From: Octopus bimaculoides | Taxonomy: Eukaryota | Length of the DNA: 61,609 bases | Direction of reading: 5' to 3' | NCBI RefSeq assembly: GCF_001194135.2 | Contig: NC_068987.1 | Location: 15,763,575-15,825,183 of the forward strand | Shown: one piece after another, positions 27,357-42,300 of the stretch | Numbering within the stretch: the first letter of the stretch is position 1 | How the letters are laid out: each line of letters starts with the position of its first letter | Notes under the pieces: generated by a model | The model's database searches: none | What the model saw: only the letters and a program-made list of their open reading frames with translations | What the model was told of the DNA's origin: nothing | Position numbers and translations under genes: made by a program

Positions 27357-30300
27357 ACACACACACACACGTGTATGTGTGGAGGGCATGCGTGTATCCA
27401 TGAGTGAGTATTACCCTTGTTTACAATTTCAGTGTTCAGTAGAGTATGACAAAACTAAGTCAAAATGAATTGTCCAACTCATGTGTAACAAAGAGTTGAC
27501 AGCTATAATACTACATTTTTCTATGGAATAGGAAAATAATCTGAAAAAGAAATTGCTTTTGTTACTAATAAACAGCAATTACAATAATAAAATGTCAGTA
27601 TTGACAGAGTGAATGTATTTGATAAAGAAAATATTAATGATTTTCATTATCAAATAATTTCCGTATTCGATTAGAGGTGTTTACAGTCCATTTTATGTCC
27701 TTTATATCCTTCCGTATATAGGGCTTTCCTATAAGTAGGTTATCTCCCTTGGCTAGGCGACGCTCCATGTAGACAAACTTCCACAGACTATCCACGCTAT
27801 TGTTATTGTTTTACGTCTTATCATGGATATAAAGCAGCTCGATGATTCAGCTATTGAAGTACTTACTGTGCCTGAGTTAATGAAATATTTAAGATTATAT
27901 GGACAGTATGTTACTGGAAGAAAGGCGGACTTGACTGAAAGGTATAAAAATTCTGTCGATGAAGAATGTCAACAAAGTAAATTCATCGGACGATACTTCA
28001 GTATCGGACGATACTTCAGTATCGGACGATACTTCAGACAGGAATAAGCAGAAGCCTATATCTCCTCTCGGTGATGTATTGCCTGATCCCAATCTGCTTT
28101 CAGCAACCATTCACTGATTTGGCCATGAGCATGATGAGGTGTAGAAGAGGTAGGACAGTCACACTATAAAGTCTAATAATTAGAGGAATATTAGATTCAA
28201 TGCTGTAAATTTATTATTTAATCAAACACACACACACACATATATACACAAAAATAAGAGGAATGACCAGCAAAAGTGGNNNNNNNNNNNNNNNNNNNNN
28301 NNNNNNNNNNNNNNNNNNNNNNNNNNNNNNNNNNNNNNNNNNNNNNNNNNNNNNNNNNNNNNNNNNNNNNNNNNNNNNNNNNNNNNNNNNNNNNNNNNNN
28401 NNNNNNNNNNNNNNNNNNNNNNNNNNNNNNNNNNNNNNNNNNNNNNNNNNNNNNNNNNNNNNNNNNNNNNNNNNNNNNNNNNNNNNNNNNNNNNNNNNNN
28501 NNNNNNNNNNNNNNNNNNNNNNNNNNNNNNNNNNNNNNNNNNNNNNNNNNNNNNNNNNNNNNNNNNNNNNNNNNNNNNNNNNNNNNNNNNNNNNNNNNNN
28601 NNNNNNNNNNNNNNNNNNNNNNNNNNNNNNNNNNNNNNNNNNNNNNNNNNNNNNNNNNNNNNNNNNNNNNNNNNNNNNNNNNNNNNNNNNNNNNNNNNNN
28701 NNNNNNNNNNNNNNNNNNNNNNNNNNNNNNNNNNNNNNNNNNNNNNNNNNNNNNNNNNNNNNNNNNNNNNNNNNNNNNNNNNNNNNNNNNNNNNNNNNNN
28801 NNNNNNNNNNNNNNNNNNNNNNNNNNNNNNNNNNNNNNNNNNNNNNNNNNNNTGGGAACACATTTGGCTATTTGCAGTGTAAATAAAGTCTTTCGTCGCA
28901 AGTCTCGATCTCTGAAGTCAAATATGACGAATAGCTACGTTTGCAGGATATCTATGTAGTGAAATAACTTTGCCGTCTACATTCTTCCCTCTATAGTGGC
29001 TGCATATACAGCAGTATTTGCGTGATTTCTTCGGAGACATATTAACCGGTCAGTACAGTATGTGAGTCGTTAGTCTGCGGAAATTAAAGCAAGTCACTGA
29101 GCATGCGTACATGTCATACGGGAGAGTTCCAATCAGGGGTGGATAACAACCTTATAGGAACCCCCTATAGAAGTACGGAAAAATATAAAGGACATAAAAC
29201 AGAATGTTAAACCAGATACATTTTTACAATCTACACCGGTAAGGTTCAAAGGTCATATCCGTATATGCTTCTTGAATCGAAAATATGAATTTTTTCGATG
29301 TATTTCTGTCTGAAATCATAAGTAGGACTAAACCCTTCCCTTCCTGCACATCATAAAACTAAAAAATAAAAACAGCTCATTATACTTGAAATATTTTTAT
29401 AGGTTTTCATTGTTCATAATTTAGTGGTGTGCATGAGTGTATATCATAGAAATAAATACAGTATGTGGAGCTGATACTATACCAGTAAATGCTGAATAAA
29501 GATATTAATCAAAGAATTTCTGAAATTTAATATGAAATATAATAATAATGGTGATGATGTCTTAAAAATTTATTCACAGTCATGAAAAATTATTTGAGAT
29601 AACTTGAAGCCTGTTGTATACTTACTTCCAATTCCTCAAAACTTGTGTTACCATCAGTGATTTTTTTACCAATCCCAGAATTGAAAGAACTGTAGCGTTC
29701 CTGTAGAAAAAAACATAATAATGTGATATATCATTCATCTAGGGAAAGACTAAGCTACAAAAGTCAGATGTTTTAACAAAGAAGAAAAGCTGAGAGTAAA
29801 AGATTTGCGCATGTTCTGTGATATGAAGATCAGATGTGTGAGGATTCCTGACCGCATTGCAATGCTGGCGATCATACTGGGTCACCAAAGTTGCAATGGA
29901 AGGTATCTGGAATAGTTGCCGAGATACTGGAAATATTTGGTGAGGTAGGTTGCAAGTTAGTAACTCACATTAACATTTAGGCAGTATAGGGAGATATCAC
30001 AGCCAATGACTGGAGTAATAGTAACATTCTAAAATGTAACAAGAGCAAAAGAGATGCCCTTGAAAGTGGCAATGACAAAAGCATTAAATCGATGGACCAG
30101 ATTATGGAAGTTATGTAAAGAGTTATAACACAATTGATAAGGAACAAAATTAGCCTAGATGTAATGCAGTTCAGCTTTATACCAGGAAGAAGTGCTACTG
30201 ATGCTTGCTTCTTAGTGAGACAACTGCATCAGCACATAGCCAAAAGTAAACCATTATACCTAATTTTCATTAATCTGAAGAAGACCTTCAACAGATTTAG

Positions 30301-33300
30301 AAATAATACATTTCTAAATCTCTCAGAGAGATTTATGCAGTAGTGATACGATGAAGTAGTTGTATGCTGTCAGCTTAATGTGACAGTCCCCTGAAGGGAA
30401 TAATACTACTGTTGGTTAGACCTAGGAAGCTGCACTGCTTCTTGTCGGCCTTGACACATTTCCTATGTCCTTATGTTTACAAGGGGGAGACAAGCACCTC
30501 CACTCAGCTAAGCCTGCATCCAGAGACATGTTTCTGAGTCTTTGCTCGTCATCAGTCTGGAGTAGTCATCATGCTACCATATTTTTTTCTCCTTGTTTTT
30601 CTCCTTATTTCTTTCTGTTGAAGAGCGTATCTCGAAACGTTAAAGACTTTCTCTATTCCCAAGCGTTAAACTAATACATCCATTTGTTGTTTACACCACC
30701 TGTCCTTGTCTGTTGTTGTTTTTTTCGTAAATTCTCCCACATATATAATCCTCATGCCATCACCTTTCTTTACTGCTAATCATCACTTTCTTTCTTCTGT
30801 ATCACTCTTTATTAACATTCACCACACTCTCTCATACCATCACTAACTTGCTCTTACCATTATCCATTTTTATGGCTTTCTTTCAACCCTTTACACACAC
30901 ACTCTCTCTCACACATTACACTTTCTTCTATTACTGTGTTGACATACACTGTTCTCCCTCCCATTACTCTCCTCATTTCCTTTTTCCCATATTACACTGC
31001 ACTCACTGTATTTCTAGTCAGTCTCATTATCAACAAGCAAAGTGTAGCTGCCTATCACTTCTATTACCTCTATTACTATTTCCTTTACCAACCTATTGCT
31101 CTTATCACTGTTTCTCTATTATACTCATACTTAGCCTTCAATTTACATTTTGGCTTTGTTTGCCTTGAATGAATGAAGTCTTTATAGAGTAGAGAGGACT
31201 TTTTTAGTCTTACCAAGAGCAAAACAACTTCTCTAGTCCTGGTGCAAGGAGGAGAAGGAGGAGGAGGAGTAAAGTGGTGCAAATCCAGGAAACAACACTC
31301 CTTGGAAGTGCAAAGAGTCTAAGTTCATGGGAAATGAACAGCTGCTTTATTAATGACACCTCCAGCAACAAATTGTGTATGTTAGATATAATAATAGTAA
31401 TAACTATAATAATACAGCTTTTAAATTATCTAAAATCAGCTTTAAAATTCATCTCCTGCTTTTTTTAACCACACACACACATATTTGAATACTTGTGATT
31501 CAAGAATAATATAGCAAAAAACACTAAAATGGTAAGCAAGTGATAGCATAGAATTAATCCTTACCTTAACTGCAGCAGGAATAACACCATCAGTCAGAAT
31601 TTTGGCAGCCACTAATAAACCTTGAGCAAATGTATCCATGGCTCCTGAATAAGTCAAAAACAAGGTTTTATTTGTTTTAAATCTCTGAGTGAGAGATATA
31701 CAGTAACAGTACCGAATAGTAAAGTGTATATGCCCTAAGATTGTGGCAGTCCTATAAAGTAACATCGTCCTTTGTAGGACTGCCACATAAACACACATAA
31801 GGATTGCTAATATTTTGGGAGTTTAAGGGGCAGCTATTTGTCAGTTTGAAGACCAATGGGTTAAGGTACTAGATAAAATTTATTAAATGATAAAATAACA
31901 AAAGACAGGATTGAATGATAAGAGACAACTGAAAATCTCTCTCTCTCTCTCCCTTTGTTAATAAGACAATATTTATATTGTATAGTCAGATTGTAACAAA
32001 GAACTTGAAAAATGTCCAGATCAAAGACAAGCATACACACCAATGTGAGAAATGAACATATCGTTCAAATGTGTTGACTCTCGGCGTACTTTACAATCAA
32101 AGTTCAGACCTCCAGGCTGGAGTCCACCTTGCTGCAAGACTGTCTGAAATATAATGAGAAATCATTAGAAAAATTATAATGAACAAAATTATTGAAAATA
32201 TTCTATGATATTATAATCTGAGTTTTCTCTTATAATTCCGTTTACATTCCATTCATATATCAGCAGAGGTATGGCAGTATGATTGAGAAGTTTGCTTCCG
32301 AATCTTGTGGTTTTGGATTCAGTTTGATTATGTGACACCTTGAACAAGTCTCTTCTACTATAGCCCCAGGCTGAGCAGAAGCATCATCCAGCAGTAGAAA
32401 AAAAATCTACCTCAACAAATTCTGTCTGACCCATGAAAAAGTAGACATTAAAACTATAAATGATTAGCCATGCTACACAGCTGTGACTGCTGAGGGCATG
32501 CATAGGTTTGAAAGACATGGAGCTAGTATGCTCTACTGGATGTGTAATGTCAGTGTTCATGCATGACAGAGTGTAAGCGCCCTGAGAGAAAAGTTGGACA
32601 TAAGAAGCATCAGCTGTAGTGGTATGGTCATGTATTACGTATAGATGAGGACAGGTGTGAAGAAGTGTCACACCCTAAAAGTGGAGGGAACGTGTGGAAG
32701 AGGTAAACCCAGGAAGACATGGAATGTAGTGGTAAAGCAAAAACTTCGAACGTTGGGCTTCACAGAGGCAATGACAAGCGACCGAAACCTTTGGAGATAT
32801 GCTGTACTTAAGAAGACCCAGCAAGCCAAGTGAGATCATAGCTGTGGCTCATTTAAAAGTACCCTTCAATTGTCAGGTAAAATGCTGTGCTTGAGAAGAA
32901 ATTGTAGTCGTGGTTGATGCCAGTGCCACCTAACTGGCACCCATGCCAGTGGTACATAAAGAGCACCATTCGAGCGTGGTTGATGCCAGTGACACTTGAC
33001 TGCCCTACCCTCATCCCGGTGACATATAAAAAGCATCCACTACACTTCTAGAGTGGTTGGCGTTAGAAAGGGCATCCAGCTGTAGAAACCTTGCCAGATC
33101 AGATTGGAGCCTGGTGCAGCCTCCTGGCTTGCCAGTCCTCAGTCAAACCGTCCAGCCCATGCCAGCATGGAAAGCAGACGTTAAACGATGATGATGTATA
33201 TTATCATCATTTAATGTACATTTTCCATGTTGACATACACAGGTATATACACACACACACACACACACACATGAAAGGCTTCTTTCAGTATTCCAATTCA

Positions 33301-36300
33301 ACTAACAAGGCTTTGGTTAACCTGGAGCTATAGTAACAAGACATTTGCCTAAAGTTCCACACAATGGGATTGAACCCAAAACCATGCAGATGGGAAGCAA
33401 ACTTTAATCATACAGCCATGTCCATGCCTAAAACTAAAATTATGGACCAATTTCACTGATACATCATAGACCTTGTGTAAAGAAGCAAAAACAAAACAAA
33501 TTAAATTTCAAACAAGTCCAGTGCTTACTTTCATAACAAACGTTGTGTTTTTAACATCCATTGGAAATTCATCTGTATCCCAACCAAGTTCAGGGGATCC
33601 TGTGTTGGAATCAACTGAGCCCAGCATACCAAAACTGCAAATAAGGAAGACAGAAAAAGACATGAGAATGTGTACTATTATTTCTGATATCATCATCATT
33701 TAACGTCCATTACACATGCTGGCATGGGTTGGATGATTCAACAGGAGCTAGTGAACCAGAGGACTGCACCATACTAGAGTGTCTGCTTTAGCATGGTTTC
33801 TACAGCTGAATATCTTTCTTAATGCCAAGCACTTTACAGTTTGTACTGAGAACTTTTTATGTGATACTGTTATTAGTGAGGTCACTACGTAGCTTGCAAG
33901 ACAAGACTCATCTCAGCTGAGTGGGGAGTAGTATTGAGGGAGTTGGCCTTATGCCAGTTGATGAGAAGTAAAGTATGACAGATGTTTGACTGTAGGGAAT
34001 GTTTGAGTTGGCTATTCTCCACACGTATATTGTTGTTTTTTAGCTCCAGATTAGCTCTAATCAAGCAAATTTAATGATCATCACAGTCATAATCTTAAGA
34101 TTTGTATTTATTTTTTCAGAAATAGCATGACTGTCAGGTGCAGGTATGGCTGTGTGGTTAAGAAGTTTGCCTTGCAACCCTGTGGTTTCAGATTCAATCT
34201 CATTGTGTGGCATCTTCTTGAGCAAGTATCTTCTATTTGGCCTATTCACTCATTGTGAGTGGAAACTGAAGTAGTGTGTTGTGTTGTGTGTGTGTATGTG
34301 TGTTTACATACTGATTGTAAACAAAGTCACCTTTCACACAAAAATGGTCTCGTTTGTCTGATGGGCAGGTAGACAGACAGACACAGGCATTGTGATGGTT
34401 TCTGCACAGTTCCATCTACCATATTTTATTCATAAGCCATTGGTCAATCTGATGTTATGGTAGAAGGCATTCACTGAAAGTATCCTTGCAGTGGGATTGA
34501 ACCTGTGATCATTTAACTGGGAAGCAAACTTGTTAACCACACAGCCATCAGATGATCAAATAAATAGAAGTAGAAAATAAAAGTTACTTACGATGAAGCC
34601 ATAGCAACATCATGATCGTAACAATGTCCGGCTAATGTTGTGTGATTTGGTTCAATGTTGAGCTGAAGAAGAAAATAAAAAAAGAAACTTAAAAAGTAGT
34701 TTTCTACTCAGATATAATCTTTTCTCTGTTATTTTTTTACTTGTTTAAGTCATTGGACTACGGCCATGCTGGGGTACTGCCTTGAAGGGTTCAGTTGAAA
34801 AAGTCTACCCTCAACACTTATTTTTATAAGTCACGTGCTTTTTCTGTCACTCTCTTTTGCTGAACCTCTAAGAGTTGTGGTTACATAAACAAACCAACAT
34901 TAATTGTCAAGAGGTGGGGGGATGACAAATACAAAGACACACACAGACATATATATACACAACCAGACATGCAAGTTTCCATACAGTTTCCATCTACTAA
35001 ATTCATTCACAAGCTACTGGTTAGCCCGAGGCTATAGTAGAAGACATTTACTCAAGGTGTTGTGCAGCAAGACTGAACCTGGAACCACATAGTTGGAAAC
35101 TGAGCTTTTTAACCACATAGCCATCATAGTCAATAACGAATTAATCATATCTACACAATGCTTCTAATAGCTTAAAATCTGAGACAAATGCTGACATGAA
35201 AGATGATTATAATAACTATCATATCTATAAATTAGATCCTTTCATCTAAACATTAGTAGCAGGAGATGTCTACTCATCTAGTTTTGACTGCGTGAAAAAT
35301 GTGGTGGCCTAGCCCCAGCTCAGCCCTGGTAACATAGACCTATGATTAATGACATTCCAGCCGTGACCTTCCCATCTTTATTTTTGGACAGTGTAACAAA
35401 TATATCCTTTACTTTAAGACAGCAGGTATTCTAACGATTTCATCAGTTCACCATCCTAGACTGATATTTCATAAAGGATAAAGACAAAGACAACCACGAC
35501 AGGGTTTGAGATCAGAGTATATGTGCAAGGGTTTATACCACATACCGTAAATCCTCGAGTATAATCCGCCCTTGAGTAGAATATGCAGGGGATTTTTAGG
35601 GGGCTGTACCTCTGAAAAACCTAAACCTTGTGTATAATACGCACCCCTTCTCTAACTTGAGTCAAGGAGGTCTGTATAACGTTCTTGGTTTGTAAACATA
35701 TATACGGTAACGTCGTTTATTATTATTGTATATATAACCTAATGCAAACGTGTAGCTTTTTTGTGCACTTTGTTTGCAGAAAATAAAGAAATAACAGTAA
35801 TAACGTCAGTGAAAAATAAATATTAAGTAAATTGCCTTTACATATTTATCACTTAGAAAATTTTGCTTAGAAAATATTTTTCACTTTTAACCTTGTATAT
35901 AGTATGCACTAGAAATTTTGACCTTTAAATTTTGGGAAAAAAGTGCGGATTATACTCGAGGATTTACGTTATGTGCAAGGGTGTATACCATACTGCATTT
36001 CACCTGATGCTCAAATGTGTTTGCTTACTTGCCACCTAATTTTAGATTATTTTAGTGAGGCATTAAATACTTTCAGAATATTGGACTTGGTTCATCATCA
36101 TCATTTAATGTCTGTTTTCCATGCTGGCATGGGTTGGACGGCTTGAGAGGAACTAGCCAGCCAGAGAAGCACCCTGTTCATGAAATAAGTGGTTGGTGTT
36201 AGGAAAGGCATCCAGTCATAGAAACCATACCAAAGTAGACGCTGAAGCACGCTGCAATTCAAGGACTGCATCAATGGATCCTGTCAAACTGTTCAATCCA

Positions 36301-39300
36301 TGCCAACATGGAACATGGATGTTAATGATGATGATGACTGGAGTGAGATGCCAAAGGAATGAGAAAGAAAAGCAGGCAATTAATATTGTATTGTGTTTCC
36401 TTTATTACCTTAAAATGTTTTTCCAATCCAAAATGCTTCAAAAATGCTATCACAGTCATGGCATCTGCAAAAGTTAACGATACATTGATATAATCATCTG
36501 CTTTCGATAAATTTCTTTCTATAATAGTATCAGCAGGAGTAATTAATCTAGGACACAATTTAAAAATAAATTATATTACTCTTCCTTTTCTACAACTGGA
36601 ATCTCTTCTTGTTATTAAACATCACTTGTTTTCAAATAAGGTATTATTTCCCATAGCCCTTTGAATATGAACACAGACATGTTTTCATGAGAGAATGCAA
36701 ACAAATGACACTGCTTGTATGATGGTAACATTTCTTTACAATTAGCATGCAGTGTCAAGAATAGGAGGTATGAACACACACACACACACACACACACACA
36801 ACAGTCATCTTTCAGTTTCTTTCAACCAAATCCACTCATAAGGCTTTGGTCAGCCCAGGGCTATTGTAGAAGACACTTCTCCAAGGTGTCACACAGTGGG
36901 AGTGGACCCAAAACCATGCAGTTGTAAAGTGAACTTCTTAAACACACAGCCATGTGTGAAAACCTTTTAAAAAATAGAAAAATTAATTTTTTAATTAAAC
37001 GTGAGTTAACAATTTCACACTAAAAAGAATATGTGTCCAATTTGCAAATAATTCCATTTAAGGAAAAATAAATATGCTACTGCATATGCAAACAACTTCC
37101 AACTTTCAAAATAAAAAAATTTCAAGGTGCACTTGCCAAGGCAAGTGGTTTGATTGGATACCATATGTTGAAACTAAAACAACTGCAGTATGGAAGACAC
37201 ATATTAGTCGTTCAAAAACACACAAAAAATTGTCAACTTCATTTAAACACTTATTATTTGGTATTAAAATTTTGTCACACCAAATGCAACAACCTAGTGA
37301 CTGAAATGGATCTACTCTATCTCATATAGAACTGCATCAATTACCAAGTTGCAGTTGGTGCAGTGAAGATTTTAACACCAAACAATAAATGTTTAACCCT
37401 TTAGCATTCAGATTACTCTGTCAAATGTAATGTTTATTTATTCACATGACTTTGAATTAATCTTGCATAACCTTGGAACTTCAAGGTTTTGATGGTGCGA
37501 TTGTTTTACTTTTAGAGATAGAAAATTTTAGTCGGATATGGTGGATTTAATATTAAAGGGTTAAATGAAGTTAAAAGCCTCTGTGTGTTTTTGAAAGGCC
37601 AATAATGGTCTATATGTGTCTTCCATGCTGTAAAGTAAAAGAACACTCACCATAATCATATTGGTGTGAAGTTGGTTCCTTAGGTTTAGGCTCCAAAAGA
37701 AACTGGCATTTTAGGCCAATCTTTTCCTTGTAAGCTAAAATTATAAAATGGGTAAAGTTTCAAATAAAACATCAGAATATTGAATTTTCCTCAAAAATAG
37801 CTCAATGAATTATTGTTATTGTCCTACATTCTTGGAATTATGAAATAGAAGATTAGCTACTAGGAATGAAAAGAAAAAGTTAATTTGAGAAGAATTTAAA
37901 TTCAGAGTGAAGGTATATAACTATATACAGCTAAAAATTTTATCAAACACTACTGTTATCTGTCTTACTAATAACGAATATATTAATGTAAAAAACAAAA
38001 AAAAAAACAATATTAATGTAAGAAATCAATAATAATAAATATATTTTTACAATCTAATGAGAGAATAGACAATAATTAATTAAAGAACTTAATACAAGTT
38101 ATACAAATAATTAAGTGAAGTATAAACCAGTGTGCAAAGTAACTCCTTCCAGAAAAACCTGTTTTGTAAGATCCTTCCTACTTGTCAAAGGAAAATCAAT
38201 TTTATGAATTTTAGACTATAAAGAGCTCTTTAAGGAATGAATAACTATCCATCCATCTTTGCACACTGTTCCTGGGAGGGTAATGGGGATAGCATCGTCA
38301 GGCACCTCCTCCATAAACTCCTACCAGAATCAACTGTCATTACACTTTCTGACTTGATTCCCAAGCATGAACTGAGACTATGGATATTATTCAACCATCT
38401 CATGCTTGGTCTACCCTTAGATTTCCTGCCAGTCATTTTGACTTGAAGAATCCATTTTGCAATTCTTTCCTGCAAAATGTACTGGATCTGTGACTTCNNN
38501 NNNNNNNNNNNNNNNNNNNNNNNNNNNNNNNNNNNNNNNNNNNNNNNNNNNNNNNAACTCAATTGAAGATAGTGAAGTTGGCTTTTTACCAACCTCTGCT
38601 CTTCTCAGGATCAAATGCTGAAGCTAGACTGTTCTGCAATTCTAGCATTCACACAAAAATTATAGATTTAAAACACATTTTGGATATTTTTAATAATATG
38701 AAGTAAAAATTATATCTTGAGAAAGAGAGAGAAAATATAATGATATATAAACATGCAGTGAAATGATAATTACCAACGGCCATTTTGAAGAAATTTGCCA
38801 TGTGTGTCAGTTCAGCAAGAATATTAGTGTTGAGTAATGTCTGGAATCCTTCTCGTCCACCCCAGAATACTTTTAGAAAAGAAAAAGAAAGAAAAAATTA
38901 ATTACAGCAGCAATTAATTAAAAAAGCCAGTCCTGCTATAGTTAAAACAGAAAAGAAATATCATTACAATTATAGAAGTCCACAGAGGTCAGCTGCCATG
39001 TAAATATTAACATCCATCCAACTATTTTCTCTGCCCACAGTTCTTGGGAGGGTCATTGAAGTAGAGTCCTCAGGCACCTCCTCCATAGAGTCCTATTTGA
39101 GGCAACCATCATTACACATTCCAGCTGGATTCCCAAGTGTGAGCAACTGAGTCTATGGATATTATCCAAACATCTCATTCTCGATGTACCCTCTAAGTCT
39201 CCTTCCAGTTGGCTCAGCTAAAAGACTCCATCTTGTGATTCTTTCCTGTGACATTCCAATCACATGTCCATAATAGTACTACAAGCAACAGCTTTGAAAC

Positions 39301-42300
39301 ACACAGCTGCTCTACTTGGATCTTAAATCCACTTTTAACCCTTTAGAATTTAAACTGGCCATGTCAGACCAAAATATTTTACTTGTTTTATGTTCAAACT
39401 GGCCAGAGCTGGCCTCTCACACCTATCCTACAATATCATTCTAAAAATAACAATCACCTCATCAAATCTTGAAGCTACAAGATAATGCATGATTAATTCA
39501 AAACAATGTCAATAAATAAACATTACATTTGACAAAAGAATCTGAATGCTAAAGGGTTAAACTAATAATTATTGGGTGAAGTTGGCTATCTTAGTAAAAG
39601 ATTAAATAACAATTTCAACAAAGAAGGGTTTTCTGGCAGAGAAAGAGATCAGCTAATGCATACTTTATAATTACAATCTGTAAATAGAACAGTAAAAATA
39701 TGCAAGATTTTTCTAAAGTTCAACATGTAACAGGTATCATTCTTGTTATCCAAATTCCAGCAATGGTACTTTGTTTCTTTGTTAGAGACCAGCTCATTCT
39801 TTATAGGAAGAATTCAAAGCATCAAAAGAGAAAGAAAGATACATACATGCATACATACATACACGCAACGGCCTTCCCCAACAGTTTCCATCCACTCACA
39901 AGGAATTGGTCAATCCAAAGCTACAGCAGAAGACACTTGGCCAATAGGCTGTATTGTATAATGGGATCAAGTCCCAAGCAGTTGTGAAATGGACTTCAGA
40001 AATACATGGTAATTAATGTCTGCACCTAAATTATGCCTAAATTAATGAAGAAGTAAGGAAATAAAAGAGAGAAAAAAAAAAAGGAAGATAAAGTAAAAGA
40101 AGAAAAAGGAAAAGAAAGAAAAAAGAATGAATGAAAGGAGAAACAAAACAGAAAAAATATATAGGGAGAATAAGAAAGGAAGGAAGAGAGGAAAGAAGAA
40201 AGATGCCCCAAGAAAGAATTTGAAACTGTCTTTTCTTTTTCCATACAACTAAGATTTCTCGTTTACAAATGTACCTTCTAATACTGTTAAATATAATCAT
40301 GTACACTTCACCTACCAAAGTTTTCAGCACCAAGCTTCTTGGCAATTTCTAATCCTTTTTTTACTTGAGCAGCAGCAAAAGCAAAAACATGAGCATTGGG
40401 ACTGGTGCTTGCACCAGTCATATACCTAAAATGGTAAAACAGAACTTTCCATTAGACATAAATACAGACACAAAACCAAGAAGTATAAGATGATGATACA
40501 TAGAGTCTTCCATTGACAGGTGCTAAAGCAAAGTTAATAGTATAAAACAGATGTGGTTAATAATAATAATCCTTTCTACTAAACACACAAGGCCTGAAAT
40601 TTTGAGGGGAGAGGACTAGTCGATTACATCAACTCCAGTAGTCAACTGGTACTTCATTTATTGATTCTCTGAAGGATGAGAGTTAAAGTCAACCTTGGTG
40701 GAATTTGAACTCAGAATGTAGCAACGGGTGAAATGCCGGTAAGCATTTTGTCCAGTGTGCTAATGATTCTGCTAGCTCACCGCTTTAATAATAATTATAA
40801 TGATTAAAAAAAAAAAAAAACCAGACAAAGCAACCTGAAATTCTGAAGGGATTTGATAGAATCTTTTCTTTATTATGTATTTCAGTCATTGGACTGTGGC
40901 CATACTGGAGCACTGTCTTGAAAGTTTTAGTCAGATAAATCAACCCCTGTATGTATTTTTTTTTATGTCTGGTACTTATTCTATCGGTCTCTTTTGCCAA
41001 AAAAAGTAAGTTACAGGATGTAAACAAACCAACGCCAGTTGTCAAGTGGTGTGAGAGGATAAACACAAAGACACATATATATTCATATATGACAGGCTTC
41101 CACAAATTGACTCATGGTGTGTTAGTCCACCAGGGTTACAATACAAGACAAAGTGCTATGCAGTGGGACTAAACCTGAAACTACATGGTTGCAAGACGGG
41201 TTTCTTAACCACACAGCCATGACTGCACCTAGCCATTTACCACAAGGTACAGGAAGTCTAACTTTCAATACTGTCTCTGATAATATTGATCTCAGTACTT
41301 CATATGATACAAATCTTATCAAGCTTTATTTATCTGATGGCTAGGTGCACCGCAGCATAAAGGGGCATAACTCAAACAGAATAAATATGACAAGTTACTG
41401 GTACATTATCAGTGTTTTTATTTCATTACTATAATGTACCATAGACCATGTCTATGGATTTATTAACCAACACTGTGTTATGAGGGTGCCAAAAAAGAAT
41501 CAAAACATATGTAGAATTGTTCCTTAATTTTCTGTCAACAAATATATTGTATATATGTATTGTTTACAATCATAACACACAATGTTGGCTAAAAAATCTT
41601 TAGACATGTTCTATAGCATATTATAGCAATGAAACAAAACCCTTAATGCACCAGCAATTAAGTGTTCAATCTAGCTGCCAAGAAAAGTGTTAAATATACA
41701 AATTGGTCTCTGCAGTTTATTTTAATCTGTAACATTAGTGAGTTTACAGGAAGTATGTTCGTGAATAGTTAAAGGGGGTACACAGTTGTTGACAACAATT
41801 CCAATAAGACTCATCAAAACATATGTATAACAGCTCTTTGAGAGGATCTGACTCCCATAAGTTAGCTGAACCTATGCTCAAAGTGCTAAATACTGAAAAA
41901 TAATGAATATGAATCTATCTTCATTTGTGACCCTTAGATTTAATACTGAAGAACGTTGTTTTGTTAAATCTGAAAATGGTTAAATTAAAAATGATAAAGA
42001 ATGAACATACTGTATAAATATATGTAAAATATATGTACAATGAATTTATTCAGTCATATAGCCATGCATATTTCTAATTGGCCAAAGTATATTTCTCAAA
42101 ATGTTTGCACTTATTGAATATCTCTGATCTGATATTTAAATAATCCACAGATTTATTAACTGAAAAAAATCTCATACTCATTAACCTTAACTATTTACAT
42201 GGTTACAACTGGAATATTTTTGATCATTGATTTGTTTGACCAAAGTTGACTTAGGCTAAATAATATCAACAACAACATTGAAAAGAATTTTCCATTTCTA

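Larger units (their letters stand above)
27720..29166. mobile_element. Degenerate ISL2EU-type (PIF/Harbinger-related) DNA transposon in xylA intron 14
   Basis: Imperfect TIRs (left AGGGCTTTCCTATAAG from 27720; right end, reverse-complemented, AGGGGGTTCCTATAAG at 29166-29151), AT on both flanks, convergent SAP-domain and THAP-domain ORFs; middle is an N-gap. Confidence 0.7.

Noticed and set aside
27985-28037. CRISPR-like array
   Set aside because: Head-to-tail 18-bp repeats with no spacers, no cas genes, eukaryotic context.
31442-31798. 118-aa ORF as a standalone gene
   Set aside because: Only 31644-31565 is coding (xylA exon 13); the rest is intron read-through.
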